64,000 nt of DNA from the human T2T-CHM13v2.0 reference genome, Homo sapiens, in NCBI RefSeq assembly GCF_009914755.1, contig NC_060935.1; one strand, written 5' to 3'. Numbering within the stretch: the stretch's first letter is position 1; every line of letters begins with the position of its first letter. Both the position numbers and the translations under genes were made by a program. The notes below the pieces were generated by a model that was not told the origin of the DNA, did no database searches, and saw only the letters and a program-made list of their open reading frames with translations. This document shows positions 1-14,730 of this stretch, in pieces.

Positions 1-135
1 TATTAGATAAATATTATTATTGATACCACTTTGCAGATGTTGAAAATGAGACTTGCTAAAAGTCACACAGCTATTGACATGATTTGAGCCTGTGTCTGTC
101 TGACTCCAGAGTCTTAACTCTGAGGTACTATATTT
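1..135 (-). mobile_element. MIR SINE fragment
   Basis: Reverse MIR core: TTGCAGATG...GTCACACAGCTA...TCTGACTCCAGAG. Confidence 0.7.
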
Positions 136-248
136 TCTGCCTCACAATGAGAAAACTCTTGGCTTTACTGCCTCCATTTTTAGATTCATTAGCACTAACA
201 CAATTCTTCCCTCTTCTGTCCTGTCTCAAAGAAAAGGTCATCTCTCTT

Positions 249-276
249 CCCACCCCCTCACCACCCGCCCCCCCCC
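249..276 (-). other. Potential G-quadruplex (minus strand) / i-motif
   Basis: CCC-A-CCCCC-TCACCA-CCC-G-CCCCCCCCC: four runs of >=3 C with loops of 1, 6 and 1. Confidence 0.5.
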
Positions 277-1009
277 AGTTAATTCCTTCCCTGAAGGGCT
301 ATTGCTTAACACTCACATCCCTTTCAAAATCATCCCATTTCCGCAGTCCCTTCTTTTTATGTTTTCAATCTGTTCCTCACTACTAATTCTTTTTTTGTTC
401 TCAGCCTACGAATAGATCCCAAACTAAAAAACTCAGCTGGAGACTAGGCATGGATCCTCCTTAATATTTATCTTGTGGGTACCACAAACGTAACCTGTCC
501 AAAACAGAACTCATAATATGAAACTTTCCCATTCCACATCCCCCTTCCACAAACTTGTTCTGCTCTGATATACTCATCTACTAATGTAGAAACATATTTA
601 GTTTTAAGATATTTTCTTATAAGCAAAAGTTCATACAAGTGACTATTAATTCTCATTATTATTATCATCAAAATAGTACTTTTTCTATTCATGAAAAATA
701 AGCTCAAGTATCATGCTGGTGTTCTTGATGACATAAATTATATTTGTAGACAACTATAAGCTATGCAATTACACTAATAAAATATAAAATTCTAAGGTAA
801 CGTGGAAAAAGCTCACACATCAGCTCTCTGCACCTTGCTAGCTCTCAGTGATTATAAGAATTATCTCAGACTGGTGGTAATAATTGCCATGTTTTTAAAA
901 ACCAATATTGTATGAAGTAAGGGAAATTTTTAAGCACAGAAATAGTACCTTAACGTAATAAAATAGTACACTGAGGCACACTGAGCAGAAACATAAAATT
1001 TATGCTATC

Positions 1010-1140
1010 CCTTAGGCTATAAGCTCTATGAGGGCAAGAAGCTTATATGTTTTGCTCCACACTACATTCTCAGCATCTAATGTAGTGCCAGGAGCATAAT
1101 TAGTGCTCAATAGATGTTCATTATATTAACAAATAAATGG
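1010..1140 (+). mobile_element. L2 3' end
   Basis: TAAGCTCTATGAGGGCAAG...GTAGTGCCAGGAGCATAATTAGTGCTCAATAGATG resembles the L2 terminus. Confidence 0.75.
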
Positions 1141-1150
1141 GAGAAATTGA

Positions 1151-1553
1151 TGTATAGTTAGGATAATCTCTGTAATAAACAGACTCAAATTGATGCTTAT
1201 TTTCCACTTGCGTAACAATACGTGGCAGCTGAAAGCCTCCTCTGCATAGTCACGCAGAGACCCCGACTATTGGAGGCTCTGTCATCTTTACTTTGAGGCT
1301 TTGATTAATGTACCAGAGATTATCTCCATTCCAACAAGCCAGAGGAGAAAGCAAAGCATGGAGGAATGCCTCATGGAGTTTATGGTCAAGCTTCCAATCA
1401 GTGCACATCACTTCTGCTCACATTCCGGTGGCTGGAACTCAACCACAGGGCCACTCCTTACTGTAACAGAAGTCAGAACATGCAGTCTAGTTGTGTGCCC
1501 AGGAAGTGGAGGAGGCCATGAATTTTGATAAGCAGCTAGTGGCCTGTGGCACA
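1151..1553 (-). mobile_element. MLT1-type (ERVL-MaLR) solo LTR, old
   Basis: Starts TGTATAGTTAGGATAAT, ends GGCACA; internal CATCACTTCTGCTCACATTCC...GGCTGGAACTC motif typical of MLT1J/K. Confidence 0.65.
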
Positions 1554-2059
1554 TGTGATGAGCAGGCTGGAACCAGATCTTATCTTATCCTCTTGAAGCA
1601 AAACATCTTGGCCCACATTTAAAAAAAATAGGTATATAAGTCTCTTCTGCTTGTGTAAGCAAAAGCATGTAAATAGAATACTTATGCAGAAAAAAATGAG
1701 GTTAGTTTTTGCATCTGTTCATGGTGTCACCATGTATTCTGCCTTCAAAAGGAGAAGCTTGGGTGCCATCAACAGATTCTCCCTCTATTTTATTCCAAAT
1801 CCTTAGGTCTGATCTGTCATCTAGTGTACACTATAAGACTGAACTCTAGCCCCTTTTCTCTGACTCCGTTGCTTCTCTCTTCTTTTAGGACCAGGCTGTT
1901 AACTTTAAGGGATGCAATAGCTTACAAAATGGTCTTCGGACCACTAGTCCCCAGTGCAATTGATTAAACATCTTTCTTCCATCAAAGTTATATTTTAAAA
2001 ACAAAGTCACTAGGTCCTATCCCAGGTTAATAAAGTAAAACAAACAAAATGCAAACACA

Positions 2060-2520
2060 CTTCTTCTTGGCCATCCTAGATTTTACAGATAAAAATCCAA
2101 ACTCTCCAGCTGGGCATCACAGCTGGCATCTAAGTGCCTTTCTAGACTTACCTGTCTACTTTCACTCTATCTCATATCTTAATTTCCTGCCTTCATTGTC
2201 TTCTTGTGAAATTCCAGTTCAGATTAGGCCTATGACTCTATTCCATTTCAATTTATGATTCAATGCCTTTTTTTACAAGCTTTGCACAAAATAAAATCTC
2301 TCCCCTCTTTACTTCCTAAATTACCTTCATTTTTAAGGAACCAGTTGAAGTATTCCCTCTTCTATGAAGATTTTTAAATAACTGTCACAGCAGAGTTGGC
2401 TGATCCATCCTCTGTGAGCCATGGCACTTTTCCCAATTCAATTTTCACTTCGAAAACTCAAAGTGAGATAATTGCCTAGGCAAAACTTTCTCCTGAGAGT
2501 AAAGAACTATATCAAATAGT
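2060..2520 (+). mobile_element. L2 fragment (degenerate)
   Basis: Pyrimidine-rich L2-like 3' region. Confidence 0.4.
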
Positions 2521-2586
2521 AGCAAGGAAACTGAGACAATTTTCTAGAACTTAAATGCATTCTTTCCCCTTGTGATTCTGCAAAAA

Positions 2587-2645
2587 TTATCATTATCACC
2601 ATCATCACCATCACCATCATTATCACCATTACCATCATCATCATC
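2587..2645. repeat. (CAT/CAC)n imperfect trinucleotide microsatellite
   Basis: TTATCATTATCACCATCATCACCATCACC... Confidence 0.9.
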
Positions 2646-3319
2646 CAGCCAGTTTTCATCCACCCTGTCTACAACATACATACATATCCCAGCACTCTCT
2701 TTCTTTGTTCTGCCTTGGGAATCAGTAACCAGACAGCCCAATTTTGCAAGATTATCTTATTCCTCAAAAAGTTTACCAAGTGTCCCAAAACTTCCTGTTG
2801 GAACAACATATACTTCACCTTTGGGCCTTTTAGCCAATTTGATTACTACTTAGAACAACAAATAAGACTTCCTGAGACTTCTCTCAGCCACACAAGGCCA
2901 AGATGCCACAGAGCTCAGAGAGTAATTTTGCTGCATCACGGTAGTGCCTGTCTCTGTTGAGCAATAGCACTGCTAAATGCTGATATTCAGCTCTGACTCA
3001 GAACCGAGGGCTCTGGTCTAGGGATAGGAGTATGAGAGACATGGGGGCTTGTTTTTCATAAACATTCCCTGCTCTTTGTATATCTGGTAAGTGATACAGT
3101 ACATGTCCAGACTGTCTGAATATCTAATCTCCGCTTTTCCTTCCCACCTGAGCCCTTGATCTCTTCCCAGTCCATTTGGGCCATTAGCCCATCTGAAACT
3201 CAAGATTCTCCCAACATGTAAAACATGTTGTAAAATCTTTTTAGTGAAACACAGCTTATTTTCTATTTTAGGAAATTATTTTGAGAGTATTAGACTGCTT
3301 TAAGCTTTACTTCCTTTCC

Positions 3320-3530
3320 TTATAAGATGAGGCACACATTGGCGCTTTATACATTTCATTTTTAAATCTAACAACATCTTCAGAGTTCATATTATAATTT
3401 AGTTTTACAGATAAGGAAATAGAGGCTGAAATCCTTTATTCCCAAGGTCACATGGCCAAGTGATAAGTAAACAACTGAGCCTGCCATCCAAACCCAGTTC
3501 TATAGAACTATAAGCCTTGGCATTTTCCAA
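3320..3530 (-). mobile_element. MIR
   Basis: TTTTACAGATAAGGAAATAGAGGCT...CCCAAGGTCACATGGC. Confidence 0.7.
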
Positions 3531-4224
3531 AGGGCTCATACTATTTTGATATTGACATTTTGGTGCCAAGGCCCCAAAATGATGGGGCTCACAGGATGAG
3601 AGACAGGGCAGGGCTTACTCATAGCATAGAGGATATGTCAGGGATTTCTTTTGTAGACATCACTAAGTAATAAATAGCAGTGTTTTGATAATTTGATACG
3701 CTACTTTAATATGGCTCCATCAAAAAGGTGCTGCTTTGTTCTGCTAATCCACTACTATCTGAATCAGAGGGCACACACAATACAAGAGCTGGAAGGATCC
3801 ATTTGGAAATGATTTATTTTAGCCCCTTCCTGCTGCTGCTAAGAAGAGCAGAGAAGAGATCTGCCAAAGGTCACAAAGGCAGTTGGGGAAAGAACTTAGT
3901 CTAGAGCCTGGCTTCCTGTTACGGCCTCTCAGGACTCAACATTTCCCTACCTTGCACACAAAGTCCTGTCCAGGCCAGCCTACACTGCTCTCTGCCTTCT
4001 GAACTGGCTCACCATAAACCATCTCCCAAAGCATGTTCTGGGACTCATGCTCCCAGAACTCATGCCTCCTTATTTATGCAAGAGTTGATATTACAAGTCT
4101 TACAAAGGCATACAATTTAACCACATTTAATCAGTTACCTCAATTAAGAGAACAAAGTTAAGTGAAGTTGGGGATAGTTGGAGAGAGTGAAAATAAACTC
4201 GGAAAAATGGAAAAGTAGAAAGTC

Positions 4225-4534
<310 letters not shown>

Positions 4535-4989
4535 AGAAAGTCAAAATACCTTTAAAAGTAAAAATAATGAATAATGACTATTCAAACATTTTAAAAACCA
4601 CTAAAAAATTAAAGATAGTAATGTTACTTTTGAAGACTACAAACTTATAACAAATATAATGAGGCTTTTAAGACCAGAAACTAAAATGATTTTTTAAAAG
4701 CATAGAAAATAGGTAGTGGGATAAATTCCTGAGCTGAAAATCCTAGAATAAGAACAAATGTTGTCAACATGCTTTAGGCAGAGAGCTGAGGGGCAGAGAA
4801 ATGAATCACTCTATTACTATGTACCAGGAGTTTGGAGTCCTCCAAAAGTCCAGTGCAGGTGGTGGCCGTGCCTGACTCTGGAAGGCGGTCCTATGCAGCT
4901 AGCTATTTGGTGATACCTCTGCTTTATGTTGTTGCTCCATCACTTCAGGAATGGTTGGTCTGTTCCCCTAACAGGATAATGGCTGTACA

Positions 4990-5220
4990 TTGTAGATTCA
5001 ATTAGGAAAGAGCTCTGAAGTCAGTCTAGCTTCTAATCCTGGCTCCATCTCTTGTTAGCCTTAACCTTGCCAAACCTCCATTTTCTCTTGAATAAAGTGA
5101 GAATAATTAAGAGTGTCTAGTTCACTGGCATGGTTGTGAAGACTAAATGAGATCCTTTCAGTAAAGGACTTAGCATAATACCTGATAAATAGTAAATGCT
5201 GTGTAAAATTTTAGCTATTT
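4990..5220 (+). mobile_element. MIR
   Basis: AGAGCTCTGAAGTCAG...TAATCCTGGCTCCATCTCTTG...GTTGTGAAGACTAAATGAGAT. Confidence 0.75.
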
Positions 5221-5239
5221 AATTATGTGGGCTGAATTA

Positions 5240-5350
5240 ATGAGACTGAAAAATCTTTGCAGACAGGGGCCTGATATGTTTTGCTCACAACTGTGAACAC
5301 CAAGCCTAGTGCCTGGCACATAGTGAAAGTTTAAATATTTATCAAATGAC
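5240..5350 (+). mobile_element. L2 3' end
   Basis: AGTGCCTGGCACATAGT...AAATATTTATCAAATGA. Confidence 0.7.
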
Positions 5351-6009
5351 TAAATATACTGATCTTCCCATTGTTTCTCATTTTCCTTTTTCTTCTTTGT
5401 CTCATTTTTTAAAACACACATTTAGCAACCATTATGTGACAAATATTCAATACATAAAAATGGCTAAGGTAACAAGAGATTTTAAGCAGGAGTGTGACTT
5501 GGTCAGGTGTGTTTTGGTCAGGTCACACTGAGGACAATGTGAGAGGAGGTTAAAAGGCAGCAAATATGGGTCCAGATGAGAAATGATGATGATCTTGAAC
5601 AAAATACTGATCATGGACATTAAAAGGGAAAAATGAATCAAAAGTGGATTTATGAGGTTATGTGATGGAGTCTCAGTAATGGAATAAATATAAAGAATAA
5701 GAGAGCAGGGTCTCCTCTTTCAATTACCATATAGCACACTTCCTATGTAATTGGCCTACTTTGTGATATCTTTTCCATTTTCCTGAACTTTTATCTGAAC
5801 ATTTCATTGCTATATTCTTCTTTGTAGCACTAGAATACTAAGTATTTTGGTAGATTTAAAGTAGTTTTACCTAATTAAAGAGTAAAATGGAAAATCAACC
5901 AGCCCAACATGCACAAAGGTTTATTGTTTTGTATTTTTAAACAAAAGGTAAACCACATCTACACTCAAAAACAACCAAAAGAGAGAGAGAGAAAAAAAAA
6001 GGGAATGGG

Positions 6010-6068
6010 GAAGGAAGGAAGGAAGGAAGGAAGGAAGGAAGGAAGGAAGGAAGGAAGGAAGGAAGGAA
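6010..6068. repeat. (GGAA)n tetranucleotide microsatellite
   Basis: About 14 perfect GAAG/GGAA units. Confidence 0.97.
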
Positions 6069-6431
6069 AAAAGAAGAAAGTGAATCTTAAAGTAACCTCT
6101 GAAATGTTCTTTTTACCCCCATAGATCACTGACAATATGTCTATTTTCCTTTAAAAAGAAGCCACCTGGACTAATAAATCAAATACACAATTTGACTAAG
6201 TTTCATTTGTTATTTACCAATTATGGTCAGGTAACAAAAAGAACATTTGCAAAGAGAGAAAGTCTGGGTGAATTCCTCCCATCTGGCATAACAAAAAAAA
6301 AAATGTATAAAATGGAAAATATATAAGAAAAAGTACAGAATTATTATGTAAATGTTCAACTTGTATTTATTTAAATAATGAATTTTCTGCTGTTTCTAAT
6401 CGCTTAAGAATTACAATAAACATACACCATT

Positions 6432-8722
6432 TAGATTCCACTAAAAGAACTGTTAGCACCAATAAACAAATTCAGTAAAGTTCCAGGATACAAAATCAAC
6501 ATATGAAAATAGTAGTATTTCCATACTACTATTAGCAAAGTGTCTAAAAAAGAAAGCAATCTCATCTACAGTAGCTATGAAAAAATTTAAGATCCTAGGA
6601 ATAAATTTAACCAAAAGGTGAAATATCTCTGTGAGGAAAAGCATAAAACACTGATAAAAGAAATTGAAGAGGACACAAATAAATGAAAAGATATCCTGTG
6701 TTAAAGGATTGGAAGAAATAATATTGTTAAAATGTTCATACTACACAAGGTAATCTATAGATGCAATGCAATTGCTATCAAAAATACCAATGACATTCTT
6801 CACAGAAATAGAAAAAAACACTCTAGAATTTGTATGGAACCACAGAAGTCCCCAAATAGCCAAAGCAATTTGAACAAAAAGAACAAAACCTGCTCTGTCG
6901 CCCAGGCGGGAGTGCAGTGGCGCAATCTCGGCTCACTGCAAGCTCCGCCTCCTGGGTTCACGCCGTTCTCCTGCCTCAGCTTCCGGCGTAGCTGGGACTG
7001 CAGGCGCCCGACACCATGCCCAGCTAATTTATTTTTGTATTTTTAGTAGAGACGGGGTTTCACCGTGTTAGCCAGGATGGTCTCCATCTCCTGACCTCGT
7101 GATCCATGAAAGTTCTTTTGAAGCATCACATTACCTGACTTCAAAATATACTACAAATCTATAGTAACCAAAACAGTATAGTATTGACACAAAAATAGAC
7201 ATATAGCCCCATGGAACAGAAAAGAGAACATAGAAATAAATCCACACACTTATATCCAATTTATTTTCAACAAAAGTGTTAAAAACACAAATTAGAGAAA
7301 GAATAATCTCTTCAATAAGTAATGCCAAGAAAATTGCATATCTACATGCAGAAAAAAAAAACCAGATCCTTATCTGTCACCATATTAAAAAAACCTCAAA
7401 ATGGATTAAAGGCTTAAATGTAAGACCAACAGTTATAAAACTACTAGAAGAAAGCATAACGAAATGCTTCACAACATTGGTACGGGCAAGGAGTTTTTGG
7501 ATAAGACCACAAAAGCATAGGCAACAAAAGTAAAAGTAGACAAACTGCATTACATCAAACTAAAAAGTTTCTGCACAGCAAAGGAAACAATCAACAAAGC
7601 AAGGAAACAACCTACAGAATGAGAGAAAATATTTGCAACCTATGCATTTCAAAAGGGGCTAATAACCACAATATATAAGAAATCCAAACAACTCAATAGT
7701 AATAAAAACAAATAATCTAAATATAGGCAAAAGAACTGAAAAGACATTTCTTAAAAGATGAGGTACAAATGGCCAACAGGTATGTAAAAAAAATGCTCAA
7801 TGTCACTAATCATTAAGGTAATGCAAATCAAAACCACAATGAGATATCATTGCACTCTAATTAGAATGGCTATTACCAAAAAGACAAAAAAAAAAAAAAA
7901 AACAAGTACTGATGTGGATGTGGAGAAAGGAGAACTCTTATACACCATTAGTCGAAAGTAAATTAGTACAGCCATTATGTAACACTATATGGAGATTTCT
8001 CAAAAAACTAAAAATAGAACCACTGTATGATTCAGCAAACTCACTACTGGGTATATATTTAAAGGAAATAAAATCTGTATGTCAAAAAGATATCTGCATT
8101 GCCATGTTTACTACAGAACTATTTACCATAGCCAGGATATTAAATCAACCTAAGTGTCCATCAACATATAAACAGATAAAGAAAATGTGATATGTATATA
8201 CAGTGGAATACTATTCAGCTATAAAAAATAATGAAATTCTGTTATTTGCAGCAACACGGATGAACCTGAACGATGTTATATTAAGTAAGATAGCCAGCCA
8301 CAGAAAGATAAATACCCCACTTCTGTGAAATCTAAAAAAGTTGATCTTGTAGAAATAGAGAGTAGAATAGTGATTGCCAGAGGCTGGGGAGTGGTGGAGG
8401 GGAGAAGGGAGTGGGCAAAATTGGTCGACAGGTACAAAGTTACAGTTAGATAGGAGAAATGAGTTCTGGTGTTCTATTGCACAGTAGATTGACAATGATT
8501 AACAATATTAGTTTGTAAATCTCCCAATAGGTAGAAGAGAAAATTTTGAATGTTCTTACCACAAAGAAATGATAAATGTATGAGGAGATGAATATGCTAT
8601 ATACCTTGATTTTATTATTGATTATTACACAGTGTATACTATACATACATGGCAACATCACATTGTATCCTAAGTGTTAGGATAATTATGTGCCCATTAA
8701 AAACAAAATTTTTAAAATAAAA
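6432..8722 (+). mobile_element. L1MA-type LINE-1, 5'-truncated (late ORF2 + 3' UTR), interrupted by AluY
   Basis: Decayed ORF2 C-terminal similarity (e.g. IWRFLKKLKIEPLYDSA); 3' UTR GGTACAAAGTTACAGTTAGATAGGAG...ACCACAAAGAAATGATAAATG typical of L1MA5-8. Confidence 0.9.
6890..7105 (-). mobile_element. AluY, truncated at both ends, no poly(A), no TSD
   Basis: AluY diagnostics GCAAGCTCCGCC, TTCACGCC, GTTAGCCAGGATGG, GACCTCGTGATCC; no T-run at the left edge. Confidence 0.93.
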
Positions 8723-8859
8723 AAGTAAATATTGGATAATAATATAAGACAGAGAAGAGTTACTAGAATTAGAACTTTCTAAGATCTTTGTATTTTTCTG
8801 GAGGAAGGTAAAGACATTTTTGATCATATATGCATGTAAAAATATTAAGGGTAACATTT

Positions 8860-9360
8860 TAAGGAAATAAAAATAACTTTCAAACTGTAGAGGAACAAAA
8901 TGAACTAAAAAATCAATGAAAATTAAGTTAGAAAGGAAGAAAAATATACTAAGCTAGCTGAATATAAGTGCAAAATAAGATGATGGAGATAAATTAATAT
9001 ATATCAGTAATCACATTCAGTGTAAATGAAATATATACTTGTTGATAAATGTCAATTGAGAATAACAGTTTGGAATTTTAAAAATCAGCTGCATGCTATT
9101 TATAAAATACATGCTTAAAACATAATGATACAGACAGGCTGAAAGTAAGATAACATAATAAATGACACCAAACAGTCATGAATCAAAAGAAAGTTCCACA
9201 ACTACATTAGCAACTGAAAAAAATGTTAAGGCAAAATAATTTTAAGGGATGAAAAAAGCTCATGATTAATAAAAAATGGAACAATTTGCCAGTAAGATAC
9301 AGTAATTATAAACTTGTATGCACCTAACAACATAGCCTCAAAATATATAAAACAAAAGAT
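8860..9360 (+). mobile_element. Old L1 (L1M/L1ME) fragment, start of ORF2 endonuclease region
   Basis: ATATCAGTAATCACATTCAGTGTAAATG...TTGTATGCACCTAACAACATAGCCTCAAAATATATAAA. Confidence 0.75.
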
Positions 9361-10444
9361 ATGTTTTGAAGTCTGGTTGCTTCAGAATATGAATTAATGT
9401 ACATGTACTATTTACCTGGGTCTTAGAAATATTTTATTCTCAGTAGAAACTTCAGTTACAATAACACTTATTATTAAGTCTATAACATGCTCACTGAATA
9501 GGTCTTAAAATACAGACTAAGTTCAAAAGTTATTCACACGTCAATTAAAACAACTGGCCTCAGGAAACAAGAAAAGAACCTCCACAATGAAGCCCTCATT
9601 TGACCCAGCCTTGCTCCCAGCCTCTCCCTTCCTCCTTTCTTGCTCACAGCTGAGGCCACCTGTAGGTCCAGCCTCCTTCATACTTACAGAATTAAATCAG
9701 ACTCAGACAGAAGTTGGTGAACTTCTCTGGTCAACCAGCATGTTAGTTCAGCATTATTATCCTTACTTCTTGTAAATTTTTGTTTCTCCACCCCTTTGCC
9801 TCTTACCAACCTCCTTCCAAAGCCCTTAATCTTGATACCTGAATTACCCTTTTAATAGCTACTCAGTAGTTAACTGCTGGACTCCAGAGCACTCCCTGAC
9901 CTCTAGTCAGTATGCCCCACCTGCCAAGCAAGACAGCCCATACTTCAGCTTCACTACTGACTAATCAATGAAAAGTTACAACCATGACCCTTAGAAATGT
10001 ACTTGGACAGAAAGAGCTGTCTCTGTCAGCAGTGTAGCTGAGTCAGATCCCCTGGCTTCTGTCCTGTTCGTGTGGGTGCAGATCTAGTGCCAGGTCCCTG
10101 CTAGGTACCTGAGTGGGTCTGCTGATTCCAGTACTTGATAGCTGTAGCCCTAGGCCTCTCCAGTTTCAGACTTTCACTGACTCTGATTTGTAATTCTTGC
10201 CTCCCCATATCTATTATCTGATCTGCTCCGTGAAAAGTCATTCAAGTTCATTAAATTCCTAACACTTATGGAATGTATGTCCCACTCCAAGCCTGACCTA
10301 GATGCCACTTGATATAAAAGATAAATAAAACCTCTTTCAATGGAAGTCTCTAGAACAGACCAGTGCACAGAAGAGCATATTTACTATGACCCCAAATCTA
10401 GACACATGCTATATGAGAATGTATTACACTTGAGGATGCAATAT

Positions 10445-10866
10445 ATATAAGTCAGACTTCTTGGGTTGTAAACAACAGAGAAAATGCTGGCTAATTTAAG
10501 CAAAGAAAGAAATTTATTGGTTAAAAATTGGCTGGCTCAGAATCAAAGAAAGAATTTTGAAAAGAATAGGAACTTAGGCAGCACCTGGTACCTTTGTGGG
10601 AGGAACTAAGTTCATTCTCTTCAGGAGATACCAGTGAGCTATATATTTTTTTACTTTTCTTATGTTACTTTGTATAACATTCAAGTTATCCAGGGACAGA
10701 CATTCTAATGTGCCCACTTTTTGGCTAGGAGATGCTGGGGGCGCTTTGACAACACCATAGAAAAACACATGAAGTAGGGCAGAGATAATTCCTAAACTAA
10801 GAGAGAGGTGCTATTACCAGAAGGAGAGGGGTAGCTGTGGAGGATCCTCAGCAGATGTCAGTTGCA
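10445..10866 (-). mobile_element. MLT1-type old MaLR LTR (MLT1L/N-like)
   Basis: TAAGTCAGACTTCTTGGGTTGTAAACAACAGA...GGCTAATTTAAGCAAAG...AATTTATTGG. Confidence 0.65.
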
Positions 10867-10914
10867 AAGCATCAGCCTGAAAGTTGTCTACTGGATACTG
10901 GCATGTTGTATCTA

Positions 10915-12720
<1,806 letters not shown>

Positions 12721-14103
12721 CTGTTACATAACAACTGCCTGAACAGTGGAAAATAGTGCTGACTTTTCTTAACTCCTGGAACCCCCTGATTTTGTGACCA
12801 AAATTATTGACTTTCTCACCAACTTGACAATCTATAAGCCAGAGTGGTCAGGGTTCTGTTGAACTCTATTCCTTCCTGGAATAATGCTATCAGTCCCAGG
12901 TATTCCAATCCAAGTGTGACCATGCAACAGAATTAATAAGTTTGTTGTTTTGTCAGTCAAGTTATCATTACACAGCAACTTTCCCATTTGGGGCTTAATA
13001 ACATCAAGCATTTTTGTCCTTATGGGTCCCCTGTGTTTATGTCACCGAGCCCTCAGGACTTAGTGGATATCTGACAAGGGTCTTCATGATTCAATCACAT
13101 AGTCATTTTACCATACACCAAACCCCTGTAGCTGCCACAATATTTTTGACCCATATACCATTTCGTGTTGTTTTATTCTTAGTCATACACTGTTTAATTT
13201 GTAAGGAACTCTGTTGTTGAAATATAGAAAGTGGAAGGGAAACACAAAAGCAGTGAATCCGCAAACTTGCCTCAAGATGCTTGCATTAGATCCGTGGACA
13301 GCATTCAAAGTTCTCATATTGCACACCAGGGTGTTTATTGTACTTTAACAGTATTTAAAAATGTAAAATACATGATGATTATATATAATTTGACTTTCCA
13401 GCTATTGAGAATAAGGCCTGTCAACAACCGCAGTGTGTTATTTGTGCAAATCAAATCCTAAAACCTTCATTCTCATCTTGTGATTTAGAAAAAAAACCTG
13501 AAAATTAGACACATCGAAAAACAATACCAGTTGATTTTTTAAGTTCAAAAGAGAAATTTTAAGCTAGTTATGGAAGCAATTGTTGATTCTAGAACTTGTA
13601 GTTAGACTCCAATTTACTTTAATATAGTTTTAGTCCCAAAGTAAAAATATGACACAAAGAAATGTTAAAATGTATTTGGCCATGAATCATTCTTTTACAT
13701 CTAGAATTAAGTTAATATAAATCAAATAGGCATCCTGTTTTTTTAAGAAGAAATAAAGAAAAAAGGAAATAGAAAAAAAATCAAATAGTATATATCACTT
13801 GATAAATAAAAAATTGTTGACATTTTTCCTCTATTAAAATAATTACTAGACTTTTAAAAATGAAATATTAGTGCAATATTATCTTTTCATAATGGGATAT
13901 TTTGGGAATACAAAAAAGTATAGATAATAATATAATGAATGTATATGCTCTCATCACTTGGCTTAAGATTTTATAACACAGACCTAAAATACGTATATTT
14001 TTAACTTAAAATCTCTCTTTCATACATAACATGTAAAAAGGGTAAAACATATAAATTTAATTCCTAAGAGAGTTTGCAAAGATTTATCATAAAAAGCATT
14101 GAC

Positions 14104-14183
14104 TCTAGGCGTGGTGGCTCACGCCTCTAATCCCAGCACTTTGGGAGGCAGAGGCTGGTGGATTGGCTGAGCTCAGGAGTTTG
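14104..14183 (+). mobile_element. Alu 5' fragment (~80 bp), tail-less, flanked by a TSD
   Basis: GGCGTGGTGGCTCACGCC...CAGGAGTTTG; flanks AAAAAGCATTGAC (14091-14103) and AAAAAACATTGAC (14184-14196). Confidence 0.88.
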
Positions 14184-14509
14184 AAAAAACATTGACAAAT
14201 CTGAACACTTTGAATGATACTGCCTTACAGGGTTCACAGAAGACTTAAACTTTTTAAGTTTAAGTCTTTTTGACTGCTTTTTAACTGTGTGTGGAGGGAC
14301 ACACGAAATGTTTTTCCAGACCATCTTATTCATTTCACTTAAGGAGCTCAAGAGAAAGCAAAGAGAGTAACTGAGGCTTGATTATTGTTATTTATTCTTA
14401 AGTGCAGAACAAACCACAAGAAAATACCTCCAGCATTCCTACACTCTGAGTCAGTTTACGTGGTAGATACAGAAAGGCCAGAGCTGGGTAAAAGTTAATA
14501 GGAAGTCTT

Positions 14510-14730
14510 TATTATACTGAGAGTCTTACTGGATGCTAGACCCCATGTGGGACACATTATATATCTCAGTTTATTTAATTGTTGCAACCATCACTAAAGT
14601 AGGTATTTTGGTGGTTGCCATTTTGCACATGCAGAAACCAGGAGCTAAACAGGTTATGGGACTTGCTCAAGGCCAGTACTGTTGAAGCCAGCACCCAAAC
14701 TTACAACTCTGATTCTAAAATTCATAAGGG
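14510..14730 (-). mobile_element. MIR
   Basis: CCATTTTGCACATGCAGAAACCAGGAGCT...GACTTGCTCAAGGCC. Confidence 0.6.
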
